Origin: a virus
Length of the DNA: 56,503 bases
Strand: one strand, 5' to 3'
IMG/VR virus record: IMGVR_UViG_3300042780_000007
In this document: positions 1 to 9,356 of the stretch, piece after piece
Layout of the letters: the number at the start of each line of letters is the position of its first letter
Position numbering within the stretch: the first letter of the stretch is position 1
The notes under the pieces: generated by a model
What the model was told of the DNA's origin: nothing
Database searches by the model: none
What the model saw: the letters and a program-made list of their open reading frames with translations, nothing else
Translations under genes and position numbers: made by a program

Positions 1-127
1 TTGCAGTAATTGCATCCCCATCAATCCTTTTTGGAGGATTTAGATGAACGATCCAATAGCGACTGTAAAATATATGGGCACTCTGGATGGGTTAACACAT
101 AAGAACCCAATAACCGGAAATGTCCAT
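1..127. repeat. Terminal direct repeat, copy 1 (circular assembly overlap)
   Basis: Bases 1-127 are identical to 56377-56503. The end of the capsid gene and the start of ORF 44 run through the junction. 127 is a common assembler k-mer length. Confidence 0.95.
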
Positions 128-364
128 AAATTTGCAGGTAAGAATGTCCCTGCGAAACTGTACGATTCTCGTGATGTCGATTATTACAAGACTAAAAATC
201 ATTTCAAGGTAACACTTATTGAGAAAAAGGAAGAACCTGCTCCAATTTCTAAAGAAGATACCAAGGAAGACACGAAGAAGAGTGCTCAGACCAGACGTTC
301 CAGTACAGCCCGAAAGACCAAAGCGAGCAAAACAAAAAGCTCAACGAAGGCTAAAAAGGAGTGA
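44..364 (+). CDS. Small protein after the capsid gene, with a Lys/Ser/Thr-rich basic tail; probably virion-associated
   Basis: GGAGG RBS; directly follows the capsid gene across the junction; C-terminus RRSSTARKTKASKTKSSTKAKKE. Confidence 0.7.
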   Translation: MNDPIATVKYMGTLDGLTHKNPITGNVHKFAGKNVPAKLYDSRDVDYYKTKNHFKVTLIEKKEEPAPISKEDTKEDTKKSAQTRRSSTARKTKASKTKSSTKAKKE

Positions 365-370
365 TGACAG

Positions 371-637
371 ATGGCTTTTGCATATGAGGTAACAGACAGA
401 GGTGTATTTGGAGATAAAAAATACACCAGAGGCACTTATACCAATGCTCTCGGAGATACTGGTGGAGATATAAACACCGGACTCGGACTTTGTGAAATGC
501 TTATACTTCAGCCCACAGGAGCGTCCGCAATTGCAACTGCACCTGTAGTAAATGAAATCCTGCCTGTAGATGGTTCTGCTGTAACTGTTGTTACTGCAGA
601 CGATGAAGATGGTATGTGGATCGCATTTGGTAACTGA
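371..637 (+). CDS. Putative capsid decoration or minor head protein
   Basis: 88-aa beta-rich ORF two genes after the capsid gene; resembles, from memory, small post-capsid proteins of marine archaeal tailed viruses. Confidence 0.55.
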   Translation: MAFAYEVTDRGVFGDKKYTRGTYTNALGDTGGDINTGLGLCEMLILQPTGASAIATAPVVNEILPVDGSAVTVVTADDEDGMWIAFGN

Positions 638-662
638 CTAATGCGATTCTGTTATACCACAA

Positions 663-676
663 TCTTTCTTTTTTTA
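663..676 (+). terminator. Archaeal-type oligo-T terminator candidate
   Basis: T-tract TCTTTCTTTTTTT in the gap after the head genes. Confidence 0.45.
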
Positions 677-702
677 GAAACTAATATGGAGAACTGATAG
701 CA

Positions 703-1275
703 ATGACTATATCACTGGTATCTGAAATTTTTACACACGAAGAACTCAAAGACGGAACTGCGGAGGCTTGGATAAACACCCAAGACCCCCAAAATATATC
801 ATCTGTAATGCAAACACAGGCTGGTAATGCTACAGTAACCCTTACCCTTGTATTTGGGGAAGGAATAGGGATAGGAGAAGCATACAACACAGCCATCAAT
901 AGTTTAAATGTTGTAGAAAATGCTCCACTTGATCAGCAGCCACTTGATGAGACACCTCTGAATGCAGTAACTACTGCCCAAACATCTACATATACAACTG
1001 TTCTTGATAAGCAGAGACTTACAGTGATTGTGAATGTTACATCCGGTACAACTGGTGGAACAATTACATTGAAGACCAAGAACAGTGCTGGAATAGCAAT
1101 TAATGTACCTTTCATTGACACTGCTGATGATTCAATAAATACATCAAAAGTATGTACTACTGGTTCTTATATACTCAAACTTCCAGCAGATATCACTCTC
1201 AAAGACCTTGCAGTAGATTTGAGTTCTGTTACAGATGGTACATTTACAGTTGATATCCTTGGAGGTGCTCTGTAA
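703..1275 (+). CDS. Putative virion structural protein (Thr-rich, beta-rich)
   Basis: GGAG RBS; Thr/Val/Gly-rich composition; lies in the structural arm. Confidence 0.55.
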   Translation: MTISLVSEIFTHEELKDGTAEAWINTQDPQNISSVMQTQAGNATVTLTLVFGEGIGIGEAYNTAINSLNVVENAPLDQQPLDETPLNAVTTAQTSTYTTVLDKQRLTVIVNVTSGTTGGTITLKTKNSAGIAINVPFIDTADDSINTSKVCTTGSYILKLPADITLKDLAVDLSSVTDGTFTVDILGGAL

Positions 1276-1655
1276 TGACACTTGATATAATAAAACCTGT
1301 ACCAAAAACTGAACAACCAGACATTTCTGGAATTGATTTAGGTGTAATCATAGCAGAAGGTGTAAATTCTGGCGATATTAAAGATTTGCATTCATGCGTG
1401 GAATTTGTAAACAGTAAAATTGACCCTGATATTGGTGGTAATGAAGTTCAGGGAACATTCAAAAAAGTTGTTAAAGAAGCCAAAGATATGAGTAGTAAAG
1501 CCGATAGTATGGCAAGAAATGGTGCTACTGTTACTGAAATGGCTGCTGAAATCACTGGTGACTATTTCACATTTGACGACATCAAACAAATGAAAATCGA
1601 AGTGTATGGAACTGTAACTGAATGGAAAAACGCAATGACAACAGATGAGGTATGA
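1275..1655 (+). CDS. Hypothetical protein in the structural arm
   Basis: TAATG overlap with the upstream gene; 126 aa. Confidence 0.6.
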   Translation: MTLDIIKPVPKTEQPDISGIDLGVIIAEGVNSGDIKDLHSCVEFVNSKIDPDIGGNEVQGTFKKVVKEAKDMSSKADSMARNGATVTEMAAEITGDYFTFDDIKQMKIEVYGTVTEWKNAMTTDEV

Positions 1656-1661
1656 TAGCCT

Positions 1662-2309
1662 ATGCCTCGTCTTACGCTTCCAAGTGAAAGTTGTTGTTTT
1701 AGATTAGATTCAGACTATGGATATCGACAGCAGTTCCCGATGACATTCAATGATGTTGGATTAAGTGATGATGGGTTTGAGTTTAATGGGAGTAGTAGTG
1801 AAATAACTACTATATCGGGAGAATCGGTTGTTGGAAAAAGAATAGTATCTGAATTTTCAATTATAACAAAAATAAACCCAATTGAACAGCCACGTGGTCA
1901 ACATGATTACAATTGCGTAATATTTGATTTACGTAAGAATATGACTAATAGTGTTCCAGATTCTTTTAATGAAATTGCATTGTATATACGGTATGAAGAT
2001 ATGTATGTTAGATGTTGTGATGAATATATACCAGTGTCAGAATCATATCCGATTTCTGAAATTGAAATAGCAATAACTGTAAAAAATAACTTATGTAGTA
2101 TATACAAAAATGGCAATTTATTTATTGAGAAAACAATCAACAATGATTGGCTAATAGACTCAACAGTATTCTACATTGGTAGAGTGGGTGCGGACATAGA
2201 TAAATTAAATTTCATGGGTTCTATGCGGTTTTTGGATATGTACAATCGTGCATTAACACCACAAGAAATATTTGACAAGTATCAGCGTAGCACCTTCCTA
2301 CTGGAGTGA
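1662..2309 (+). CDS. LamG/concanavalin A-like domain protein
   Basis: LamG-type end: IYKNG...FYIGR...FMGSMRFLDMYNRALTPQEI. Confidence 0.7.
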   Translation: MPRLTLPSESCCFRLDSDYGYRQQFPMTFNDVGLSDDGFEFNGSSSEITTISGESVVGKRIVSEFSIITKINPIEQPRGQHDYNCVIFDLRKNMTNSVPDSFNEIALYIRYEDMYVRCCDEYIPVSESYPISEIEIAITVKNNLCSIYKNGNLFIEKTINNDWLIDSTVFYIGRVGADIDKLNFMGSMRFLDMYNRALTPQEIFDKYQRSTFLLE

Positions 2310-2315
2310 TTAAGG

Positions 2316-2963
2316 ATGTCTAAAATAACACCTTATGCCCACATTAAATGCAACGGTAACGCAAACGACATTAGTGGCAATGATAATCACGGTACAGTTT
2401 ACGGTGCGTCATTAACTGATGATAGATTTGGTCATCCTAATTCTGCTTACAATTTCGATGGTACAGATGATTACATAGAGTTACCACACGTATTATCTGG
2501 GGCTAACAGGTTTACTATTGTATGTTGGGTTAAAACAACACAACAGACAAGCGGCAGTTTTCGATACACTGACCCTGTAATATTGGGTACTGGACAGTTG
2601 ACTGGTATCAGTGCAGATTTCCTGATAACAAATTATAATGGTAATTTTGCATGGTTAGATGAGTTTTACACATCGAGAGTATCACATGACACAGGTGAAT
2701 TCATTGCTGACGGAATGTGGCATCAATTAATCGTTGTCAGAAATGGTGAAAATCTTTACTTCTATCTTGACGGTGTTAATGTAGGCGAAAATAGTACTGG
2801 TTCAAATACAGTTAGAGACAGTCCAATATATTTAGGACACTCGGATGGTACGTTATACTACGATGGTATGATTGATGACGTAAGAATTTACAACCAACCA
2901 CTTACACCGACACAGGTTGATTACATTTACACAATGACTAAACGGAAATATGGGAGAAGATGA
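2316..2963 (+). CDS. LamG/concanavalin A-like domain protein
   Basis: NGNANDISGNDNHG...AYNFDG...WHQLIVV...FYLDG...GMIDDVRIYNQPLT. Confidence 0.9.
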   Translation: MSKITPYAHIKCNGNANDISGNDNHGTVYGASLTDDRFGHPNSAYNFDGTDDYIELPHVLSGANRFTIVCWVKTTQQTSGSFRYTDPVILGTGQLTGISADFLITNYNGNFAWLDEFYTSRVSHDTGEFIADGMWHQLIVVRNGENLYFYLDGVNVGENSTGSNTVRDSPIYLGHSDGTLYYDGMIDDVRIYNQPLTPTQVDYIYTMTKRKYGRR

Positions 2964-3000
2964 TAATAATGATTAAAATTAATTACGGAGTTGTTGCGTA

Positions 3001-3762
3001 ATGGCACGTTCACTCGAAGAATTACGTGAATATCTCGTTGGGGAATGGAATTTCAACTTAAACTTCCTCGACAGTAGCGGGAATGAAAATCATGGAGTTC
3101 CTACGGATATTGAATGGAAACCGACAGCAAGAGGACTGAAACCGTATTTTAGTAGTGGAAGATTTGTTAACTGTGGAAAAACAACCGTTCCAGATACATT
3201 TACAATACACATGATTGTTAATTTTATGAGTAAGGAACATGCTGAAACTATTGTACATATAAACAATACGCTATGGATTGCATCACGTATTACTGGACAC
3301 GACATGTATTTCCAGTTATTTGATAATGATGGCAATGTAGTTGTTGATGAAGGATACGTAAGTATGTATCCAATCGGAAATTATAAAGATAAAACAATTT
3401 CGTTCACAGTAAGTGTTGGTAACAATGAAATGGATTTGTATCTCGATGGTAAACACAAACATACAATCAATATAACAGGTGATATAAACCCAAATGAAAA
3501 TGATTTTTATATAGGCAGAAGGCAAAATTCAACATATTGGCATAACGGTTTTATACATCATGTTTCGTATTATAAAAATGTAAAATTCACCGATGATGAA
3601 GTCCTTGCACTCTACAACGAAACCAAAAACGCTGTCGGTGTCCGACCTGCCGAAAGAAGTTTCACTCACCGCCTGCAACCTGACGTAGATGACAACACCG
3701 TGTTTGCTACTGATATGAGTACCAAGAACAGCGATGGTACACTCATGGATTTAAGTTGGTGA
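3001..3762 (+). CDS. LamG-domain protein, N-terminal part of a split tandem-LamG gene
   Basis: DSSGNENHG...LYLDG...FYIGR...GFIHHVSYY; ends in the middle of a second LamG start motif (TLMDLSW*). Confidence 0.8.
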   Translation: MARSLEELREYLVGEWNFNLNFLDSSGNENHGVPTDIEWKPTARGLKPYFSSGRFVNCGKTTVPDTFTIHMIVNFMSKEHAETIVHINNTLWIASRITGHDMYFQLFDNDGNVVVDEGYVSMYPIGNYKDKTISFTVSVGNNEMDLYLDGKHKHTINITGDINPNENDFYIGRRQNSTYWHNGFIHHVSYYKNVKFTDDEVLALYNETKNAVGVRPAERSFTHRLQPDVDDNTVFATDMSTKNSDGTLMDLSW

Positions 3763-3766
3763 TATA

Positions 3767-4570
3767 ATGGGGAATAATCATGCTACTATCTATGGGGCTA
3801 CTCGTTCAGGTGGATACCTAACAGACGGACTAAGGATGAATGGATCGAATAACTATCTGGGAATTGGTGACACAGAAACAGATATTAAAACAATTGAACT
3901 TATTGTACAATGTTCTTCTGATACAGAATATTTGATTGATTTGAATGGAACTGCAAATATAGATGTATCGAGTGGTATGATCAGAGCAAACAATATAGCA
4001 AATCCAACCGTATATATTAATGGGGAAGAAAATAGTGCAATAACCGAAGACAAAATAAATCACGTAGTTGTTACAACTGAGACTCCAGTAACGGCATCAT
4101 CAGTTGAAATTGGTAAAGTTGGAAGTAATTATGGGAATTTAGTGATATTGCAGGGTGCTCTTGATAGCAGTGCTCTTACACTTACGCAAATCAAATCCAG
4201 ATTCAACTCACTGGCAACCCTACCACTCTACACATTCGATGCCAGCAAGTATCCGACAAGTGACGGCTGGACAGCAAATGTACCATACTCAAGCATGTCT
4301 ATAACATCTGGTGAGTTCTCATTTACAGATAATGGTCAATTGCAATGCGACAGTGCAGGTTCATTTTCACTTCGCAATTCACATCCCTTCGATGCTGATG
4401 AATACATCAAACTGACAATCAACGGTACTGAATATGCAGGTACAGGTAGCATAACTCAAGGTAATGTTACAGTAGCAATTACTCAGAGCAGTACCAAAAT
4501 AGATGTTGATATGGGTACTAGTGATTTAATTGATGGTATTGACATACAATTCAGAGAACCTGTGGAGTGA
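3767..4570 (+). CDS. LamG-like protein, continuation of 3001-3762
   Basis: Starts MGNNHATIYGAT, the second half of the DLSGNxNH motif; GGTGA RBS. Confidence 0.7.
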   Translation: MGNNHATIYGATRSGGYLTDGLRMNGSNNYLGIGDTETDIKTIELIVQCSSDTEYLIDLNGTANIDVSSGMIRANNIANPTVYINGEENSAITEDKINHVVVTTETPVTASSVEIGKVGSNYGNLVILQGALDSSALTLTQIKSRFNSLATLPLYTFDASKYPTSDGWTANVPYSSMSITSGEFSFTDNGQLQCDSAGSFSLRNSHPFDADEYIKLTINGTEYAGTGSITQGNVTVAITQSSTKIDVDMGTSDLIDGIDIQFREPVE

Positions 4571-4574
4571 GAAC

Positions 4575-5111
4575 ATGGTTGACTACGAACTCAAAAAATT
4601 TAAGGGAAAGATACTCCTTATGTGTCAGTCCAATGCTAAAGATATAAAAGAACACACAGGCATTACGACACAAAAGATTCAGAAACTTGACGACAAGATA
4701 CGTCAATTTGAAAAGAACGATAAAATAAGAAAGGAGATCGTCAATCAAACCAGAAATCATCTAGGTGAACTCCAGAATTTTAATAAAAGGATGGATGAAA
4801 TGTACGAAGAAATGGAGAATTTTGTAAAGAAAATGAGAGAAAAGACTTCCAAACTGGAGACCAATAATTCCAAAACCGATGAAAGAGTCCTTTTCCTTGG
4901 TAATCAAATAAAGAAAGCAAAAGAACAATCCGCAGAAGAGAAAAAAATTCTTGAAAAGCGGATTGATGGGGATTACGCCAGAGTGGTAGAAGAACTACAG
5001 GAAATAAAAACCCTCATCAAGGATATGGAAAGGGAAAATATAAAATGGAGAGAGGGACATCTCCAGACACATGAAGAGAACAAAGGAATTCTAAAGAGGA
5101 TATTCAAATGA
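4575..5111 (+). CDS. Coiled-coil protein
   Basis: Start moved to ATG 4575 after GGAGTGA; charged heptad-like pattern throughout. Confidence 0.7.
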   Translation: MVDYELKKFKGKILLMCQSNAKDIKEHTGITTQKIQKLDDKIRQFEKNDKIRKEIVNQTRNHLGELQNFNKRMDEMYEEMENFVKKMREKTSKLETNNSKTDERVLFLGNQIKKAKEQSAEEKKILEKRIDGDYARVVEELQEIKTLIKDMERENIKWREGHLQTHEENKGILKRIFK

Positions 5112-5320
5112 TAAATTTTGATGTAAACACCGTTGTAATGGTAACTGTTGCTATAAGTGGATGGGCAGTAGCCTTTGGTAAGCACGCATATAATTGGTGG
5201 TCTGAAAAGTCCAAATCTACAAGGGTAAAGATTATTGATGAAATCCAGGAATCTATCAGGGATGGTGTGATTACCAAGGAAGAGGGTTTTGCCATAATCG
5301 ACGCTGCGACGGAGAAATAA
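5108..5320 (+). CDS. Small protein with one N-terminal transmembrane segment
   Basis: Hydrophobic VNTVVMVTVAISGWAVAF; ATGA overlap with the upstream gene. Confidence 0.65.
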   Translation: MINFDVNTVVMVTVAISGWAVAFGKHAYNWWSEKSKSTRVKIIDEIQESIRDGVITKEEGFAIIDAATEK

Positions 5321-5321
5321 A

Positions 5322-5948
5322 ATGGCTGATTATTGTACGGCACAGGATGTAGCAAAATTTATAGGAATAGATGTGGGTGTAGATACTGTTCCGGATACCA
5401 GTACAGTAGAAGAATTTATTGAAGAAAGCGAAGATGAGATTGATTTCTACACCCACCACGCATGGAGAACTGTGAGGAAGGAAAATGAACATTACAACTT
5501 TCATGGATTTGTTGCACAGAGAGAAAGATTTGGAGATTGGTCTGACAGGGCAAGAATTTACCTCAAGAACCGCAATATTCAACAACTCGTCAAGCTCGAA
5601 GTCTGGGATGGTTCTCATTGGGAAGAATTCATCGGGAATTACACCGAAGATCGATATGGAGATTATTGGGTGGACTACGACAGAGGAATTATCCACTTTG
5701 CTAACAGATACCCGTGGAGAATGCGACATTCTATACGAGTGACATACGACTACGGTCTGGACTCCGTGCCTAAAGATATCAAAAGAGCCTGCACATTGCT
5801 TACAGCAAGTTATATGATACAGCAGGACGACTATTCTGTCCTCTTGCCCGAAGGTACTTCCAACATCCCACCTGTAAATAAAGCCAAGATGTGGGAAGAA
5901 AGGGCATACAAAATAATGGATAGGCATGTTGAAATTAAATCGTGGTGA
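5322..5948 (+). CDS. Head-tail adaptor (gp6/gp15-like)
   Basis: YCTAQDVAKF...IEESEDEID...IRVTYDYG...VPKDIKRAC pattern; expected position. Confidence 0.8.
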   Translation: MADYCTAQDVAKFIGIDVGVDTVPDTSTVEEFIEESEDEIDFYTHHAWRTVRKENEHYNFHGFVAQRERFGDWSDRARIYLKNRNIQQLVKLEVWDGSHWEEFIGNYTEDRYGDYWVDYDRGIIHFANRYPWRMRHSIRVTYDYGLDSVPKDIKRACTLLTASYMIQQDDYSVLLPEGTSNIPPVNKAKMWEERAYKIMDRHVEIKSW

Positions 5949-5952
5949 TTAA

Positions 5953-6393
5953 ATGACTTCACCAGATATAGATATTGTAGGAGTCATTCTGGATTTTTTG
6001 AATACCAACTGGAATATAGAAAATTGTCCAAAGCCCATAATCAAGAGGGTTGAAGAAGTCAAACGTATTAATGTAAAAAGTAGTGCTGGATATATCCTGC
6101 TCTATGAGAGTTCCGGACTTCACATTTCCAGAGGCGATGTTCAGTGGGATTCCAGAGATTGGGCAGGTTCCGTATCTGCAGACATTCGTACAGTGAATGG
6201 TGTGGATCATGTAAACCAAATTTATACTGAACTTGACAGACTCTTACTTACCTTGAGGAGGGATGTGACAGGCACGGGATGGCATAAACTTGAGGGTACT
6301 GACCGTATGAATCTCACTAATAAGGCTGTGGGATTATGGCGGTATGTTGTTGAAATAAAACTTGTTGCACGTAAAAAACTAATAGGAGACTAA
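5953..6393 (+). CDS. Putative tail terminator/completion protein
   Basis: 146 aa, immediately before the tail tube gene. Confidence 0.6.
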   Translation: MTSPDIDIVGVILDFLNTNWNIENCPKPIIKRVEEVKRINVKSSAGYILLYESSGLHISRGDVQWDSRDWAGSVSADIRTVNGVDHVNQIYTELDRLLLTLRRDVTGTGWHKLEGTDRMNLTNKAVGLWRYVVEIKLVARKKLIGD

Positions 6394-6395
6394 AA

Positions 6396-7412
6396 GTGAG
6401 TATATTCAGAAGTGAGCAATATAGACTTGCTCTAACACCATGTGAAAATGCATTCGGTTATAAAACCGGAACTACAGCATGGGGAGTTGCCGATGGAGCT
6501 TATCCGGTTGGACTCCTCAAAGGATATGAACCTCCAGACCCCGAAATCGAATGGAAGGATTTCAAACAGATAGGTGTAGCCTCTAGTAGGAACATTGAGA
6601 CTTTGGTTCAAGGTCCATTTTCTCTATCCGGCAATATTCCATTCACCATTCAGGATGCCCGTATGATTGCACTGGCATTTGGTTCCGATTCTGTGTCAGG
6701 TTCAGCTGATCCATATACCCACACAATCAAACCTGCGGACGAACTCCCAAGTTTCGGAGCAGTAGTCTCCAGACTTACATCCGGAGTCGGTAATGATTAT
6801 AACCGGATTTATTCCGGACTCAAAGTTGATCAATTAAGTCTTGCTGCCGAATCTTCCGGAGAGCTCAAAGCTTCGGTTACGGTACAGGGACAGAACGTCA
6901 CCCAAGACAATGCTTCCGATGCTCCGGACGTGACTGCCCTTGACGACGAGCCATACTGGTTCTATCAGTCCACCATAACCTTCTGGTCAACAGAAATTGG
7001 TAGATTACAATCCTTCGAAATGACACTTTCCAATAATATTGATGGAAAAAGATACTTCAAGACCGCACCAGTAAATTCGGTTTCTGAACTTCTGGAAGGC
7101 GGAAGGCAATTCTCCCTCAAAGCAGATATCGCAATCGATGATATGACCATATATGATAAACTCATCAATGGCACTAACTTTGATATCTCCCTGTATTTCG
7201 AAAGGGCTTCCGGAGACACCTTAAAGATCAGTTCCGATATTTCCCTTGATATGCAGACCTTAGACGGGGGAGCCAATAACTGTTATATTAGCAAAGCACC
7301 ACACAGCGTGCCCGATTCCAATGAAGTGGTCGTACCTGTAGAAATAATCATGAAGAATGCTTATGCAGTAATCGAAAACGATTACGCAACATCATACGTA
7401 GCACTCGCATAA
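6396..7412 (+). CDS. Major tail (tube) protein
   Basis: GTG start; YTHTIKP...LPSF...YSGLKVDQLSL...FEMTLSNN...GGRQFS tube-like pattern; followed by chaperone and tape measure genes; no sheath gene. Confidence 0.8.
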   Translation: MSIFRSEQYRLALTPCENAFGYKTGTTAWGVADGAYPVGLLKGYEPPDPEIEWKDFKQIGVASSRNIETLVQGPFSLSGNIPFTIQDARMIALAFGSDSVSGSADPYTHTIKPADELPSFGAVVSRLTSGVGNDYNRIYSGLKVDQLSLAAESSGELKASVTVQGQNVTQDNASDAPDVTALDDEPYWFYQSTITFWSTEIGRLQSFEMTLSNNIDGKRYFKTAPVNSVSELLEGGRQFSLKADIAIDDMTIYDKLINGTNFDISLYFERASGDTLKISSDISLDMQTLDGGANNCYISKAPHSVPDSNEVVVPVEIIMKNAYAVIENDYATSYVALA

Positions 7413-7439
7413 ATAAAGTAAAACAAAGTAAGTGATAAT

Positions 7440-7802
7440 ATGAGTGAAGATGTTCAGAAAATGGAAAATGGGATTTTTGCAGATTCCCGTGTCAAGAAAA
7501 AACCTTTCTTTTTTAGAGGAAAGGAGTATGAATTTCAGGTAAAAGAAATTTCCTGGATGGAAAAACAGCGTATTGTATCCAATTGTATGTCTGCCAATAA
7601 AAAGGGTATGGGTATAGATATTGCAAAATACAATAAAGAAATACTCCTGAAAATCCTTGTGGATACTGACGGACTCTTCCGTGTCGATGCCATGGATATT
7701 ATGAGGCTCTCTGATGAAATGGGTAATGCCCTCACAGAGCAAATAATCCCCGATGCAGATGATATGGGCGGACTTGACGAGGAAGAGTCAAAAAACTGCT
7801 AA
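7440..7802 (+). CDS. Tail assembly chaperone (G-type)
   Basis: Lies between tube and tape measure genes; ends at a slippery heptamer. Confidence 0.75.
   Translation: MSEDVQKMENGIFADSRVKKKPFFFRGKEYEFQVKEISWMEKQRIVSNCMSANKKGMGIDIAKYNKEILLKILVDTDGLFRVDAMDIMRLSDEMGNALTEQIIPDADDMGGLDEEESKNC
7790..7796 (+). other. Programmed -1 frameshift site A-AAA-AAC
   Basis: Correctly phased X-XXY-YYZ heptamer; the -1 frame reads AAA CTG CTA AAA GCT ATG into ORF 7808. Confidence 0.75.
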
Positions 7803-7807
7803 AAGCT

Positions 7808-7999
7808 ATGGAGGGAGAACGTAATGAATTCTCCCATTATATTATTCAATATAATTTAATTACCATGGGTTTTAGAGTAGATGAAATCGAGCGCATGTCC
7901 AGTAAGGAAATAGATATTTATTCTACTATTGGATATCAGCAAAATAAGGATATAAAGAAGCAGACAGAACAACTCAAGGATGTAAACACTGGAGGATAA
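7808..7999 (+). CDS. Tail assembly chaperone, GT extension
   Basis: In the -1 frame of 7440-7802 with no intervening stop. Confidence 0.7.
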   Translation: MEGERNEFSHYIIQYNLITMGFRVDEIERMSSKEIDIYSTIGYQQNKDIKKQTEQLKDVNTGG

Positions 8000-8000
8000 T

Positions 8001-9356
8001 ATGTCATTAGAAGATTTGAATGATGAACTGAAAAAATTGAATTCTCTTTCTAAAGAAGATTTAAAAAACTCCAGTGAGAATGCTCAAGAAAAGAATAAAC
8101 AAGCCAATGCTGTAGAAAAACTCACATCCAAATACGAAAAGTATTTCAGGATGATGAATAAATACGTAAGTAAAATTCCTGGATTTGGAAGCGATTCAGG
8201 TGGTGAAGCTCCCCCACCAATAAATACCGGAAATGGTGAAGCCACTGGAGCACCTTCCGGAACACCTGCCAAAACAGATAAGGTAGAAGACAAGAACAAA
8301 GACCTGAATCAGGGTTTGATAAAGCAGGGAGAAATCCTCATGAACGTGAGGGCAAAATGGAAGGAAATGACTGGTGCAGTCATCGGTTCTTTTTATACTC
8401 TTGCAAAACTTTCTCCTCTTTTTGCTTCTTATATCTCGGAATTTGGTGGAGTCCTTGGATATGTCTATGATACAGCAATAATTCCATGGTCTGATGAGAT
8501 TGAAGGATTACTTGATAAATTATGGGCAATGGCTGATTGGTTTGATAGCCAATCCGAAACAGTGAAAAAATTTGCTGGTGCAGTAATGATTGCAATTCCA
8601 GTCATTACCGGAATAGCTGTTGCAGTATCTATATTCTTGGCTACCGTGGGCTCTCTTGCATCCGGTGGAGTAATTTCTGCTGGTATCGGGGCTATAATGG
8701 GATTTTTGGGAGCCATTTCTGTGACTACAGTAGGTATAGTAGCCCTTATTGCAGTCCTTGGATATCTTATAGTTAAATATACTGATTTAGATGAATCATT
8801 CGTTAGGTATGTCAAAAATTGGATTGATAAATTTAAAGAATTCTTTTCTAATGTAAAATCAATTGCAGAATCTATATACAGTATCCTGAAAACTACTTGG
8901 GATAAAATGCATAACGATACAGAATCCATATGGTATAAAATGTATCAGCCAATCAAAAATTTTGTTGGAAAAGTTAAGGATGCTATTGGTAATCTCATAG
9001 ATTATATGCCAAGTTGGTTAATAGGTTCGGATGCTTTTAGTATGAGTAACATAATAGTAAATGCATCTGGTGGTGTGGCAGACTATCTTAGTGATTATGC
9101 AGACAGTTATTCAAATTCTTATGCAACTGGTGGTTCAATCACACAGGATGGAATATATAAACTCCATCAGGGTGAAACTGTAATTCCTGCAAGTCAGAGT
9201 TCCAGAAATACCAACAACACATCAATAACCATTTCGCCCAATGTAACTATAAATGGAAGTATTTCTTCATCCTTGGATATAAGAAAGATTGCAGATGAGA
9301 TGTCCAGATATTGGAAAGAAGATATTAAGAAGTACGCAGGAGGTTCTCTTAGATGA
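8001..9356 (+). CDS. Tape measure protein (short, 451 aa)
   Basis: Helical with Trp/Phe-periodic repeats, a central hydrophobic Gly/Ala-rich region and the C-terminal GGSITQDGIYKLHQGETVIP motif. Confidence 0.85.
   Translation: MSLEDLNDELKKLNSLSKEDLKNSSENAQEKNKQANAVEKLTSKYEKYFRMMNKYVSKIPGFGSDSGGEAPPPINTGNGEATGAPSGTPAKTDKVEDKNKDLNQGLIKQGEILMNVRAKWKEMTGAVIGSFYTLAKLSPLFASYISEFGGVLGYVYDTAIIPWSDEIEGLLDKLWAMADWFDSQSETVKKFAGAVMIAIPVITGIAVAVSIFLATVGSLASGGVISAGIGAIMGFLGAISVTTVGIVALIAVLGYLIVKYTDLDESFVRYVKNWIDKFKEFFSNVKSIAESIYSILKTTWDKMHNDTESIWYKMYQPIKNFVGKVKDAIGNLIDYMPSWLIGSDAFSMSNIIVNASGGVADYLSDYADSYSNSYATGGSITQDGIYKLHQGETVIPASQSSRNTNNTSITISPNVTINGSISSSLDIRKIADEMSRYWKEDIKKYAGGSLR

Noticed and set aside
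1-127. 127-bp repeat as a biological terminal repeat
   Set aside because: It cuts through coding sequence and matches a common assembler k-mer length, so it is best read as assembly overlap. The true ends are unknown.
1653-1664. TAG in frame just before ATG 1662
   Set aside because: It follows a TGA directly (TGA TAG), so it says nothing about read-through.
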